Shown one piece after another: positions 9,917 through 20,624 of a DNA stretch of 64,000 nt. This DNA comes from Candidatus Poribacteria bacterium (lineage in GTDB: Bacteria > Poribacteria > WGA-4E > PCPOR2b), in contig OZ244042.1 in assembly GCA_965215015.1 (NCBI GenBank), positions 672,001 to 736,000 of the forward strand, given 5' to 3'. The translations under genes and the position numbers were made by a program. A model generated the notes under the pieces. It ran no database searches. It worked only from the letters and a program-made list of their open reading frames with translations, and had not been told where the DNA came from. Position 1 is the first letter of the stretch. Each line of letters opens with the position of its first letter.

Positions 9917-10918
9917 TCAATGAAAACGGGTCGGCAGGTCACACACCGCTGTGATGATTTGATCTTCCAGATTATCAGCATCGCTGTCTGGCACACGGTT
10001 ATGTCTATCCATCCAAGCGATGTTTTCTGCAAGACTCTCCACAAGCGGCGTCTCCGGTTGAAATTCGGGTATGTCTCGCACAAGTTTTGCGCCGCTATAG
10101 ATCTGCGTATGACCGAAGTTTCCACTTAACCCGCGGAACCGTTCCGGTGAAATGGCGATGAGTGTCTCTTGTGGGACGTGCACAATTTCCGCTTCAACGC
10201 CCAACGCTTGCGCGACGGTGCGATGCCATTCGTCCCATGTCCGTGCCTCCGGGTGGACAATGTTATAGACCTGACCGAAGCACTCCGACTTTCCGAGTGC
10301 CGCTGCAAATCCCACCCCTGCATCACGCGATGCGAGAAATTGGAAATAGTTCAAACCGTCCCCCGCTGAGAGAATCGGTTTGCCTTTACGCAGGCGGTCG
10401 ATCCAACTCCCATCACCCCCGACCTGTCGATGCACCGGCATTCCGGGCCCATGCGTGTAGGAAGGCTTGAAGATTGTCACAGGAAAACCGTCTTCGGCAT
10501 GTGCATCCAAGAGTAATTGATCCGCAGCAATTTTGCCACGCCCGTATTCAGATGTTCCATTCAGGGACGCAGTTTCGGGAATATTGACACCTCTAAACGG
10601 GAACGGCGGTCCATAGGTCATCACCGTTGAACAGTGAATGAATCCGTCCACCCGTCCGCGGAAGGCTCGCAGGGCAGAGGCGGCATCGTCGGTGTTATAA
10701 GAGATCATGTCGATGACGGCGTCAAATTTTTCGGGGCGCATCTTGTTCTCGAAATCATCACGGTCACGCCGATCTCCGTGAATGACCTGTATATCCGGTG
10801 GTGGCGCGTCCGGATGCTGTCCACGATTGAAAATCACCACTTCGTGGTTCCGCTTGAGCAGTGCTGCGACAATCCCACGGCTGATATTTCCGGTGCCACC
10901 GATAATCAATACTTTCAT
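9917..10918 (-). CDS. NAD-dependent epimerase/dehydratase family protein
   Basis: GGTGNIS, YGRGK. Confidence 0.85.
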   Translation of the reverse strand: MKVLIIGGTGNISRGIVAALLKRNHEVVIFNRGQHPDAPPPDIQVIHGDRRDRDDFENKMRPEKFDAVIDMISYNTDDAASALRAFRGRVDGFIHCSTVMTYGPPFPFRGVNIPETASLNGTSEYGRGKIAADQLLLDAHAEDGFPVTIFKPSYTHGPGMPVHRQVGGDGSWIDRLRKGKPILSAGDGLNYFQFLASRDAGVGFAAALGKSECFGQVYNIVHPEARTWDEWHRTVAQALGVEAEIVHVPQETLIAISPERFRGLSGNFGHTQIYSGAKLVRDIPEFQPETPLVESLAENIAWMDRHNRVPDSDADNLEDQIITAVCDLPTRFH

Positions 10919-10935
10919 GTTTTGAACGCCCCTCC

Positions 10936-11700
10936 TTAGCCTCTATTCTCTGGAATTTCGCCCCAATTGTGTTCCGGGCAATAACCGAGTTCTTGAGCAG
11001 TTTGCTTCCAATCAAATTGAGAATCCTCGCGACCCGCAACCACGTTGTACGAACCGTACATTACGTCTTGGGTTTCAATTGCCAACTCTACCACCTGTGC
11101 TACATCACGTGGGTCAACATACACAAACCACGGTCCCGCTGGGTTTTCAGGTGCTTTCGGACCGGGATTGAGTCCATCACCGGCGATGACACCGGGACGC
11201 AGGTGGATGACGCTCAACCCGTGCGCTTGATAGTAAGCCTTCCCAACCTGTTCGCCCAAATGTTTCGCAAGCGCGTAGTGCAGTCCACCCGGATTGAACC
11301 GAAACGGTGCACCCACACGATAGGGCAGCTCACCCCCCGGAGACGGGCTACAGGCGGAGATACTCGAAATGTTGACGAGCCTTTGTACCCCGCTCGTCGC
11401 GCAGGCTTCAGCGATATTCCACGTTCCCTTGACCATCACATCGGCAAACAGCCATGCCGGCTTATCAAACCGCTCGCGCACCAATGCTACGAGGTGGACG
11501 ACGGCGTCGTGTCCTTCACAAACCTTTTCGATCTCGATGTAATTCGTTATGTCAGCCTGCATGAAGGGTAAATCTTTGAAATACGGCTTGGGTTCAACCC
11601 GATCGGTAAGTGTGAGTTCATATTTGGATCGCAGGCGCTTGATGATGAAACTAGCGAGATACCCCGCTGCACCGGTGATGAGGATTTTCCTGATTGTCAT
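10936..11700 (-). CDS. NAD(P)-dependent oxidoreductase (extended SDR, uronate dehydrogenase-like)
   Basis: TGAAGYLA, YALAK. Confidence 0.8.
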   Translation of the reverse strand: MTIRKILITGAAGYLASFIIKRLRSKYELTLTDRVEPKPYFKDLPFMQADITNYIEIEKVCEGHDAVVHLVALVRERFDKPAWLFADVMVKGTWNIAEACATSGVQRLVNISSISACSPSPGGELPYRVGAPFRFNPGGLHYALAKHLGEQVGKAYYQAHGLSVIHLRPGVIAGDGLNPGPKAPENPAGPWFVYVDPRDVAQVVELAIETQDVMYGSYNVVAGREDSQFDWKQTAQELGYCPEHNWGEIPENRG

Positions 11701-11714
11701 ACGTTAATTTTCTC

Positions 11715-12734
11715 CTACCCGACAGGATCGGGGTTTGAATCAGCTTTTACCAAGCTGCCGAGGTCTTGACTTTTGATAGCCGCCTCTACTAATGCGAGTG
11801 TGCACATCGCGTCCCCAAAGTCCGATCTGATCAATGAGCAATCTCCCGTTTCGATGGCGCGGAGCCACGCCGAAATCTTATCGAAACCGAGGTTATTTTC
11901 AGCGGGCACGGATTCATTAAAGTCGTTTCCATGCAAATAGCCGATGATTCGGGCGCTGCTGGTGCCTCCCTGGGCCCCGGCCTGAAGGCGTAAGTGAGGA
12001 CCAATAACCTCTAGCTCGAAACCGTTTCTTTCTGTGCCGCAATGGTTCATGTGCGTACCGAAGACGCCGTTATCGAGTTCATACATCATCTGGAGGGCGT
12101 TTTCAGCGTCAAACTCGGTTCGATCCAATGCCATATTCTTGGCACCGAGTGCGTGTGCTTGAACCGGCTCAGCGTTTCCCATGATGAAGCGGACACAATC
12201 GAGGATATGAATCGCTTGCTCGGCGATGGGACCTCCGCTGATTTGACGTTGCAAGAACCACGGTGACATCCGAAAGTTGAGGTAATAATCAACTGTACAA
12301 GCAGTATGAGCGAGATGCACCGTTTCACCTTCCAGCAATTCTTTGAGTCGTTCATAGATTGGGGTATATCGCAGTTGAAAGCCGACCGCGGTAATCACCG
12401 CAGCATTCTTGATATGTGCGAAGCAGGCACGTCCCTCAGTCATGCTTAAGGCAGGCGGCTTTTCAATCATCAGATGGATATCGCGTTCACAAGCCCTTCG
12501 TACCGGCTCAAGCCGCACAGGGGGCGGTGCGGTGATGACCAACCCATCCATTTTAGGCTCGAAGAACCGTTCAAAATCATCCGTAGCGATTTTTGCACCT
12601 GCTATCGTCGCAAGCTCCTGCGCCGCCGACAGATGAAGGTCGTGAACTGCGACGACTTGTGCGCCGTAGGCAGCGATAGTGCTTTGATGGCGGTGTCCCA
12701 TCTGTCCGGCACCGACAATTCCAATTTTCAGCAT
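11715..12734 (-). CDS. Gfo/Idh/MocA oxidoreductase
   Basis: GAGQMG, EKP, GGPIAEQAIH. Confidence 0.85.
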   Translation of the reverse strand: MLKIGIVGAGQMGHRHQSTIAAYGAQVVAVHDLHLSAAQELATIAGAKIATDDFERFFEPKMDGLVITAPPPVRLEPVRRACERDIHLMIEKPPALSMTEGRACFAHIKNAAVITAVGFQLRYTPIYERLKELLEGETVHLAHTACTVDYYLNFRMSPWFLQRQISGGPIAEQAIHILDCVRFIMGNAEPVQAHALGAKNMALDRTEFDAENALQMMYELDNGVFGTHMNHCGTERNGFELEVIGPHLRLQAGAQGGTSSARIIGYLHGNDFNESVPAENNLGFDKISAWLRAIETGDCSLIRSDFGDAMCTLALVEAAIKSQDLGSLVKADSNPDPVG

Positions 12735-12793
12735 GTCTCCTCCTTACGCCCCGCGCCAAGGGAAGCTCCTCTTATTTGGAAAGGTATTGATTC

Positions 12794-13984
12794 TTACAGC
12801 CATCCTGCAACCGCCCAAATCACACTCGATCGACTGAAGGGGGCATCCTTGAGGGCCTCGACTCCCGAAATCGGATGCCCTCCATATTTGCGCTCATACG
12901 TTTCGTGAATCTGGCGTTCGAGACCCGTCATTTCTTGAATCGGCAAGGTTATCCACGCGCCTCCGCGTCGGGCACTCTCCCGAATTGCAATCCACAGTTC
13001 CAGATCTCGTCGGGCGTTGATAGGTCCATACACAGGCTCAATATCCTCCGTCACGGCGCGGTACATACTGAGGAGGATGCTCGCTTTGGCGATGTCATCT
13101 GATGCAGAGATCTTGTACTTCGCAAACGGGTTCGACCACACAATCGGCGGAGAGGTCTCTACCCGAACATGGTCTAACACCTGTTCACCGTCAACCTCCG
13201 TATAGACCTCCTCAATCTGATAATCTCCACCGTCGTTGTAAAGGGTCAACTGATTCCCGGAGAGATGTCCCTCCGTGCCTTCAATCTCCCAGTAGCTGCC
13301 ACGCGCACCCGGGGGCGGCATCTCGTAGAGGCAAGTGATTCCTCCAGGAAACTCAATGATACCCGACTCCCACCACCTTGTCCTCATCGCTTCGTTGCCG
13401 TAGCCGGTGTAGGGTTGCGTTGGGACCTCGCTAGCGTATCCCAAGGCACGGATTGGCTCGCAGCCGAGGATCATGCGAATCGCGTTGATGCCGTGATAGC
13501 TGCCCGATGCGTACCAGAGCCGTGCATGTCGAGCCTTTCCAAGTAATCCCGCCCGGACGATTTTCTGTTTCAACTGCTCATGAGGCCAATGCCAGACGTT
13601 CTCAGCGATTTCGTATTTAACGCCGTTCTGTCGGCACGTCTCCGTGATGGCGTCTGCTATAGGCAACGAGATGGCGATGGGGATTTCGGTCATGACGTTG
13701 ATACGATGCTTGGCAACCGTCATCGCCATGACGTTGAGCGAATCGGTTGGCGTCAGGCAGAAGACTACATCCGGCTCTTCGGATTGAAGCATCTCTTCAA
13801 CATCTGTGTATTGCGCTGGGATGTCGTAGGTTTCGGCTGCGGCACGGCAGGCCTCGGCGTTTCTGTCACAGATGGCGCAAAATGTGTAGAGATGTGTCAG
13901 TTGCTTGATGACCGCCTGATAGGCGCGTGAGCGGGAGGTTTCGTAAGCCCCGGCACCGATTACGGCGATTCGTAAAGGATTCAT
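12794..13984 (-). CDS. Gfo/Idh/MocA oxidoreductase
   Basis: N-terminal Rossmann fold (IAVIGAG), TEIP variant of EKP. Confidence 0.75.
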   Translation of the reverse strand: MNPLRIAVIGAGAYETSRSRAYQAVIKQLTHLYTFCAICDRNAEACRAAAETYDIPAQYTDVEEMLQSEEPDVVFCLTPTDSLNVMAMTVAKHRINVMTEIPIAISLPIADAITETCRQNGVKYEIAENVWHWPHEQLKQKIVRAGLLGKARHARLWYASGSYHGINAIRMILGCEPIRALGYASEVPTQPYTGYGNEAMRTRWWESGIIEFPGGITCLYEMPPPGARGSYWEIEGTEGHLSGNQLTLYNDGGDYQIEEVYTEVDGEQVLDHVRVETSPPIVWSNPFAKYKISASDDIAKASILLSMYRAVTEDIEPVYGPINARRDLELWIAIRESARRGGAWITLPIQEMTGLERQIHETYERKYGGHPISGVEALKDAPFSRSSVIWAVAGWL

Positions 13985-14017
13985 TGGTATCTCCTCCGAA
14001 TGCGCGAAATTATGAGT

Positions 14018-14163
14018 TAACGCAGGTTGTCACCTGTCGCCCGTCCCGATGCTGGATCGGGGCTCAAAGCAACTTGAGGTGATTAAAGTAGTAGGCTGCA
14101 CAAGGGTTAGGGTATAAAGAGGTTACAGCATACGGAGTATGCCTACTAATAGCAATTTGGTTT
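14018..14163. repeat. Composite intergenic repeat: degenerate CAAGTTGCTAG-family ends, CCCGAT..ATCGGG mini-palindrome and an inverted GTAGTAGGC REP pair
   Basis: GTAGTAGGC at 14088 pairs with GCCTACTA ending 14148; similar modules at 17506, 48312 and 48669. Confidence 0.5.
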
Positions 14164-14188
14164 ATAATTAACCTAATGGATCGGTGTT

Positions 14189-15178
14189 CTATTTCCGAGA
14201 CAGCGTTTGAACCAACCACGGCAATGATTGTTCCCCTGAAAAGAGGTGTCCGGCATCAAATTCTTGTAGGATAATCCGGTCACCGGCATTCGCAGCGCGA
14301 TAGATCTGCTGCGCCATCTCAAAGGCAGGGTGTACCGGGCGGCTCACGTCCGCTGTCCCCCACTCTACAAAGATTGGGCGCGGCGCAATGAGTCCTGCGA
14401 TGTCAGGCATCTCACAGAGTTCGCCGATTCCTTTCGGATGGTGGCAGATACAGTGCCCAAACCATGAGGTCTGCGCGAAGGTTGTAAAATAACCGCTTAA
14501 CACCGCTGCTTGAACCCGCTCATCCAGCGCAGCATGAACGATGCCAAGCCAGCAACCGCCGGATAATCCCGCAATCCCGATTCGCCTTTCATCGACCTCC
14601 GGCAGACTTTGGAGGTACTCCACGCTCCGCATCAGGTCATAGACCCGATAGCCTGTCAGGTCGTATCCGAGATAATTCAGGCGTCGCCAGAGAAAATCAC
14701 AACTGCCGGACGGGTGAGCGCGTTCGCCCATCCCAGCGTTATCGGGGCACAACGTGATGACGCCCTGCTCCGCGAGATCACGACCGTAGGGGGCACCAAA
14801 CTGTTCATCACCGAAGATGACGCTCTCCTTACCACCCGGAACATGGCCGTGGATGCAGAGTACGGCTGGCGTCTTTGCCGTAACGCCTTTCGGAATTGAT
14901 AGATAAGCGGGAATCGGAGCATCCTTCCGTGAGTGGTAGATTACTTTGTGAATCGTGCACTTGTCATGCGATTTGATGGAAACGATTTGCGGATTTAGAG
15001 GAAACGCTTCGTCCGGGAAAGGTCCAAGCTGCTCTCGCAGTTCGGGAAGCAGTTGGGTTCGCCAATTACGCCACGCATCAACGGTATCCCCGTCGAATGA
15101 TAAACGAGGTCTGTGATCTGCGAAATCACAGTCGAGGAGCTCTGCCGATGAGAATTGTATTTCAGATGATGGAGGCAT
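14189..15178 (-). CDS. Alpha/beta hydrolase (dienelactone hydrolase / acetyl xylan esterase-like)
   Basis: GLSGG nucleophile elbow, C-terminal GH. Confidence 0.8.
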   Translation of the reverse strand: MPPSSEIQFSSAELLDCDFADHRPRLSFDGDTVDAWRNWRTQLLPELREQLGPFPDEAFPLNPQIVSIKSHDKCTIHKVIYHSRKDAPIPAYLSIPKGVTAKTPAVLCIHGHVPGGKESVIFGDEQFGAPYGRDLAEQGVITLCPDNAGMGERAHPSGSCDFLWRRLNYLGYDLTGYRVYDLMRSVEYLQSLPEVDERRIGIAGLSGGCWLGIVHAALDERVQAAVLSGYFTTFAQTSWFGHCICHHPKGIGELCEMPDIAGLIAPRPIFVEWGTADVSRPVHPAFEMAQQIYRAANAGDRIILQEFDAGHLFSGEQSLPWLVQTLSRK

Positions 15179-15199
15179 GCCTTAGCTCTCCTGTTATTA

Positions 15200-17455
15200 T
15201 TAGAGGTTCCAGAGATAAGAAACCTTGAACACGACGACCCTATCGCCCAGCTGTAGTTCCCCTTCATCAGTCTGCCAATCCTCATTATACGCAACGAAGA
15301 TATGGCTTTTGGGGCTATATTCCCAACCGAAAAGGGTGCTGACCAGATAGTTCTCACGAACCTCGATCTGATCAAAAGCAGTGCGCTCACGCCCCGCTTG
15401 CGTGAACACCCTAAAAAATAAATCTCGTGTAAACAGATAGGTAACGCGCAGAGAGCTCGTGAAAAAGCGTCCATCAATGACATCCCCCTGTGTCAAACTC
15501 AGAGCATAACTGCTTTCAAGGTCAATGGTGAAATTGCTCTGCGGGCGGATAGTAGTTGAGAGGGAAAGCTGCCGTTGCTTCCCCACCGCCTGCCGCGAGA
15601 AATTGAAATAATTTCCTATTCCTCCATCCAGGCCGACCGAAACGGGCTTCGCAGCATTTGTTAGGAGGGAAACTTCATATCTGTCTGTCGTAAATACCTC
15701 CGTCAGCTCAACCTCCCGCCTGCGTCCATAAGATAAGCCAATCCCCTCCCAGAAGGATTCGGTGGGTCGCCAATCCGTCCAGGTGTTGAAGTACCAAGCG
15801 ATTAAATCCTCTTCAAATTCCGGTGAAAGGGTCAGATCTGGATCGTTCTGTTCCCAATCGTCAAAATATGTATCGGTGAACAGATCCTGAGAAACTGTGC
15901 CACGAACGCCGAAAGCAGCACGATGCGGTCCAAACCGAGGAATATAGGTTGTCATGAAATTCATTTGCTGCCAACCTCGGTATCTCTCTTTGCGGAGAAA
16001 TCCTGTCTCATTTGCTTCAAATAGCGGATCGATTCGTTCTAGCCTCACTCTGGCGTTCCAGAGGTAATTGCTTTGAGCAAGTTCAACGAGGTACGCTTTA
16101 TTCCTTGCGCTTTCGTCTGGATTTTCTGGATCTTCGCTGGGATTAAAACTCATCGCATATTGTCCCGACAACCGATAGGTTTTAAGAAAGAACAGGTCCG
16201 TGTCGAATCCTCCTACCCGCCCGTAGCCCTCTTCCTCATCAAGGTGCTCTTTGTTGGCGAAGATTAGTCCAACGCTGGAGCGTTCTAGGATATCTCTCTT
16301 CAACCGGACCGTCGAATATAACGCCTCTTCCTTGGCTGCGGACTCTTGACCAATTTCTAGCGCACCGACATTGCCTGTTTGACTACCAAGGATACCGAGA
16401 GAATAACCGCCGATCTTGCCGGTCATTTTGCCCCCCCAGAGGATGTCCCCTTGCCTGCCGATCCGCCGACTATAAAAGAGCTCCAACGGTGTTTCAAAAA
16501 AGCTGTTTCCTTCGACGAAGAAAGGACGCCGCTCCGGGAAACGGGTCGGAAAGCGAGTCAGGTTAATCTCTAACTGATCCGCCTCTACTTGTGCGAAATC
16601 CGGGTTGACAGTGACGTTTGTCTTGAGTGTGCCAGTCAGATTATATTGAACATCGAGTCCTGCCCCCAGTTGGCCATCGAGTGATTCGGTGTCGGACACC
16701 CCACCCAGAAGATAGGGCGAGATTTCAAACGGTTTGCCCCCACCGATGTCCTTTAGCCCAACCATAAGCCCGAGATCGGACATCCGCGTGGTCGCCCCGG
16801 CTTGGGTCATCTGCTTCCAAACAGTGACCTCATTTTTTCTCCGATGTACCCGTTCAACGTCGAATCCCCACACCTGTTCTGACTTATCGGGGAAGCGGAA
16901 ATTTGCGAACGGGATCTTGAACTCCGCGACCCACCCCTGCTCATCAATACTTGTTTCTAACCACCAGATGCCTCTCCAGCTAGAGTCAGACCGGATGTCG
17001 TCGAAACGGTACGAATCGCTCTGGACGCCGCCGGGGGTGGTTGCAAATTTATAGCCGGTGCGATGGTCATGATGCGGGTCCATGAAAAAGGATATCACGT
17101 CTGAGTCGTAGATGCCCCCATCCCGCCGCACAATGCGATTGACAGCTTTATCAGGTGAGGCATCATAGCACCGAAAAGCGACGTAGAGGTGGTGCGGGTC
17201 ATACACGATGTAAAACGCTGTATCATCGGTGGCGGGTTTGCCCCGATCGGGCACCAGTTGAATGAAGCCGTCCACGGACTTTGCCTTTTGCCACGCGGGG
17301 TCGTCAAGTTTTCCATCGATCTTCGGAGGGGGAATGCCAGGTTCGAGCTGGTAGGCTTCTACAACGTACTTTGCTGATTCAGGCTCGTGTGCAGACAAAG
17401 TCTCGGCAAAAAAAGTGAGAAGTACCACAATATTAACAAAGATCCATTTGGGCAT
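15200..17455 (-). CDS. CBM9-like + DUF5916 domain protein (probable outer-membrane)
   Basis: Signal peptide, IDGKLDD.AW, NPDFAQVEAD...FPERRPFF. Confidence 0.8.
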   Translation of the reverse strand: MPKWIFVNIVVLLTFFAETLSAHEPESAKYVVEAYQLEPGIPPPKIDGKLDDPAWQKAKSVDGFIQLVPDRGKPATDDTAFYIVYDPHHLYVAFRCYDASPDKAVNRIVRRDGGIYDSDVISFFMDPHHDHRTGYKFATTPGGVQSDSYRFDDIRSDSSWRGIWWLETSIDEQGWVAEFKIPFANFRFPDKSEQVWGFDVERVHRRKNEVTVWKQMTQAGATTRMSDLGLMVGLKDIGGGKPFEISPYLLGGVSDTESLDGQLGAGLDVQYNLTGTLKTNVTVNPDFAQVEADQLEINLTRFPTRFPERRPFFVEGNSFFETPLELFYSRRIGRQGDILWGGKMTGKIGGYSLGILGSQTGNVGALEIGQESAAKEEALYSTVRLKRDILERSSVGLIFANKEHLDEEEGYGRVGGFDTDLFFLKTYRLSGQYAMSFNPSEDPENPDESARNKAYLVELAQSNYLWNARVRLERIDPLFEANETGFLRKERYRGWQQMNFMTTYIPRFGPHRAAFGVRGTVSQDLFTDTYFDDWEQNDPDLTLSPEFEEDLIAWYFNTWTDWRPTESFWEGIGLSYGRRREVELTEVFTTDRYEVSLLTNAAKPVSVGLDGGIGNYFNFSRQAVGKQRQLSLSTTIRPQSNFTIDLESSYALSLTQGDVIDGRFFTSSLRVTYLFTRDLFFRVFTQAGRERTAFDQIEVRENYLVSTLFGWEYSPKSHIFVAYNEDWQTDEGELQLGDRVVVFKVSYLWNL

Positions 17456-17505
17456 TAATCACGCTCCTTATATCGTATTTTGGTTTGAAACTTTCTATTT
17501 TAACG

Positions 17506-17681
17506 CAAGTTGCTAGACAACCTGTAGGTCAAGTTTCCAGACTCGACACCGAACTGGAAACAACTTACTTATAGATGGCACATCAACCTATTGAGCGAGC
17601 GAACCAGGCCCCTACGATTAGGTGTTTATCAGCAAATGACGGACACGCCTCACATAAATGTCAACAGCATCTAGCAACTTG
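17506..17681. mobile_element. MITE-like element with 12-bp terminal inverted repeats
   Basis: CAAGTTGCTAGA ... TCTAGCAACTTG. Confidence 0.65.
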
Positions 17682-17740
17682 GGTATTTCAACTAAGTCTC
17701 CAATATCAGAATTTTCTATTTAGATTATACGGACACACGC

Positions 17741-18820
17741 TTAGAGCCGATAAAATTCCCTCGCATTTTCAGACAGAATCTTGCGTGCCAGCGATGTGGG
17801 TAGCTTTGCGGGGAAAGCCTCTTGGGGGGAATCAAAGTGCCAGTGGGGATAGTCCGTTGAAAACATCAGAAAGTCGTCCGAATCGAGTTGACCGATAATC
17901 TGAAGTAGTTGCTCCGCGGTTGGGGGACCATCAATTGGTTGGAGCGTCATTCGCATGTGTTCACGGATATACGCTGATGGCAACCGTTTGACCCACGGCG
18001 TAAGATGTCGCAGCCCACGCCACTCCTTGTCAAACCGCCACATGAGCGACGGCATCCACGTGAACCCCGCTTCGATAAGTGCCACTCGCAGGGAGGGGAA
18101 CTGGTCAAAAACGCCTTCCGACACCAGACTGAGCACCTGTGCCTGAAACACCTGCGACATACCGACGTATTCCTCCAGATAGGTTGAGGGCCAACCGACC
18201 GATGTCGGCGGAAGTCCCGGTGCCCCGCCATAATGGAGGCCAACGACCAAATCGTGGCGCGCCACAGTGGCATAGATTGGGTGATAGCGTCGATTTCCAT
18301 AAGGTGCCTGCGAGCGGACCGGCAGCATCACTTGTACAAAGCCCGGATGGCCCCCCAAACGCTCAATCTCTTTCGTTGCGAGTCCAGGGTTTTGGCTCGG
18401 TACTATCAAAGAGCCCCGCAGGCGCGGTTCAGGGTCAAGCCAATGCTCGATCTGCCAATCATTGACCGCCGAGGCAAGTGCCGCCGCTAAGTCTTCGTTA
18501 TGTACGCTCTGTACGCGATAGGCACAGGTCAGTATGCCGTACTGGACACCCCAAGCATCAAGCGCGTGTTCGCGCAGCAGTGCCAGATCCGATTGGGGTC
18601 GATCCTCCGACGGTTGCACAATCTCAGGTCGTGTCGAAGTTGGGGCGCCGTCTGGATAGTCGTTCACATCGGGCCCGAAAAAGCCCGATTCCTCGCAATG
18701 ATCACACCAGTAGTCCGGCAGATACGGGTAGAGCATTTCGAGTGACGGGGTTCGGTTGTGGAGGTCGCAGTCAATTACTGGCAAGCCGGCGGTCACGAAA
18801 TTTGGTTTTTCATTCTCCAT
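17741..18820 (-). CDS. Amidohydrolase_2 family protein
   Basis: IDCDLH, FSTDYPHW; probable start MENEKPNF (the ORF-track extension runs into a REP). Confidence 0.85.
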   Translation of the reverse strand: MENEKPNFVTAGLPVIDCDLHNRTPSLEMLYPYLPDYWCDHCEESGFFGPDVNDYPDGAPTSTRPEIVQPSEDRPQSDLALLREHALDAWGVQYGILTCAYRVQSVHNEDLAAALASAVNDWQIEHWLDPEPRLRGSLIVPSQNPGLATKEIERLGGHPGFVQVMLPVRSQAPYGNRRYHPIYATVARHDLVVGLHYGGAPGLPPTSVGWPSTYLEEYVGMSQVFQAQVLSLVSEGVFDQFPSLRVALIEAGFTWMPSLMWRFDKEWRGLRHLTPWVKRLPSAYIREHMRMTLQPIDGPPTAEQLLQIIGQLDSDDFLMFSTDYPHWHFDSPQEAFPAKLPTSLARKILSENAREFYRL

Positions 18821-18982
18821 TCTTATGTCTTCACCTTTTTCACTATCAGTAGCTAAATCATTCCACAGATGCTCAAACAGTTTTAGGATACCAGTTTGCC
18901 ACCTGTTTGTCAACATGAAACCGAGCGAGACCCACGGCCGCAATGGCAGATCTGAAGTAAGGGAACCAATAATTAATTGAAA

Positions 18983-19035
18983 GTAGTAGGCACACTCCGC
19001 GTGCCGTAACCCGCACAACCGTTACGGCATATGAC
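18983..19035. repeat. GTAG-type REP-like palindrome
   Basis: GTAGTAGGCACACTCCGCGTGCCGTAAC; inverted homologue at 27588-27619. Confidence 0.65.
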
Positions 19036-19358
19036 TTGGCTAACACGCAACTGCCATTAAACTCGCACCCATAACTAAAAAAACAAAGCATCTCTAACCC
19101 CGTCGGTGGGGCAAGATGCTCCACCGCCTAATTGATCTCCATACCCGTCGGGCGGGTGTCCACGCGTAATCTGACTTATGAGCACTCCTCAGTTAATTTA
19201 CGCTATTATTGAACTTTATTTGCAGCGGAAAAGCGTTGACGGTTCTTTGGGATTTTGCTATCCTATACCTTGCCACAAGGAGGTACTGAAACGGATAACG
19301 GCTCTATATGTCACATAATCTATTAGCAAACGAGTGCAGAGATGAATAATGGTACCTA

Positions 19359-20504
19359 TTGAAACAGAAATTGAATATTTGCGCCAGAGGGCGCAAATCC
19401 CGGCGCGTGTCCAGCGGCAACTCGATCGGCGCAGGTAGGAGAGCACCACATTCTGCGGCGTGCGGCTTCGCTCGCATCGGGGATAGAATGCTTCGGGCAG
19501 CGGGCAGACTTGGTGAGGGCACTGATGGGGTGTTTAACCACTGGTTCGACCAGCTCTTGGCAAGACACCTCACTGAAGCACAGGCGTGGGCGATCCCGGG
19601 TCAGTTGGTGGCTGCCAGAGATCGGATGATATTAGCACTCGCAGAGATAGAGCGGGGGCCAGAAATTGATAAGGACAATGTTTACGACCTGCTTGCCTTC
19701 GGCTTCAAATCGAGCGATATTGCGGAGGTTGCGCGCCCCGTTATTCGAGTGTATCAGCTTGGACTCAGGGTCAACACAGATCAGATTCAGACATTCCTGC
19801 CCCCTTCCTCTATCATAACTCAACCGACGGATCATACGCCGTTTGGATAGACTCGGACAGTAGATGACACAGTTTGAAGGTCGGAACTACGAGGGCGTGA
19901 TGTTCACCCCGGTGGTAACACGTTACTTGGCAGAATTTGACCGGCTCCGGGCGGAAACATTGAGGGGGCGGTTCCCGCTTGACAACGCACTCCAGAGGGA
20001 TCTGGAATTTCACCGGTTCGCTCACTTGAACGCGAACCTCAATGGAGGGTGAAGGGGGACGCTGAGCAATACGCTATCTTTAAGGCACTATCAGTGCTGC
20101 CGCCACTTTGCAAAAAGATAGTTAAACTGAGTAAGTAGCATATTGCCCAAGCGAAACGTTACGGATACTACGCTGCGTGTTTCCTGCAATTTCTCAAGCA
20201 CTTCAAGGCGAGGACACCAAGACCAATTGTGGTGGTTGGGAATGATCTTATGGCAAGCAGTGGGTTGTTGAGCCGCTCTAAGACTATTTGAAGGACGATT
20301 TTACACTCTGATATGACCGCGTTAGATCCCACATGGCGTTCCGGCTCAGGGTTCCCCATGAAGTGGAGAATAAGGCCCGGGCAGGATTTCGTCAGGGAGC
20401 TGAGCGAGAAGATGCCGCACGTAGTCTTCGTTGACGCTTGTAATCCAGCTAGGGGTACCGGTATGATGAAGATGTCCCCCTGTAATGATTTGCTTATTTT
20501 ATAG
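19359..20504 (+). pseudogene. Probable fragmented gene of unknown function
   Basis: Successive short same-strand ORFs (19359-19850, 19864-20052, 20313-20504) with protein-like composition and no clear starts. Confidence 0.4.
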
Positions 20505-20518
20505 CGGTTCGGTATAAT
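20490..20518 (+). promoter_or_regulatory. Sigma70-type promoter of the dehydrogenase operon
   Basis: TTGCTT-17 nt-TATAAT. Confidence 0.55.
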
Positions 20519-20624
20519 AAAAGATTAGATAATACTAAACCGCACAATTTGTAACGCAGAACATTTACATATAGTAGGATCTTGTAATATACATTACAAC
20601 TTATTAACCCTAGGAGAATAGCTT

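Noticed and set aside
18821-19018. N-terminal extension of the amidohydrolase (similarly wzx 35430-35465)
   Set aside because: The extensions translate REP/MITE sequence; better starts lie downstream
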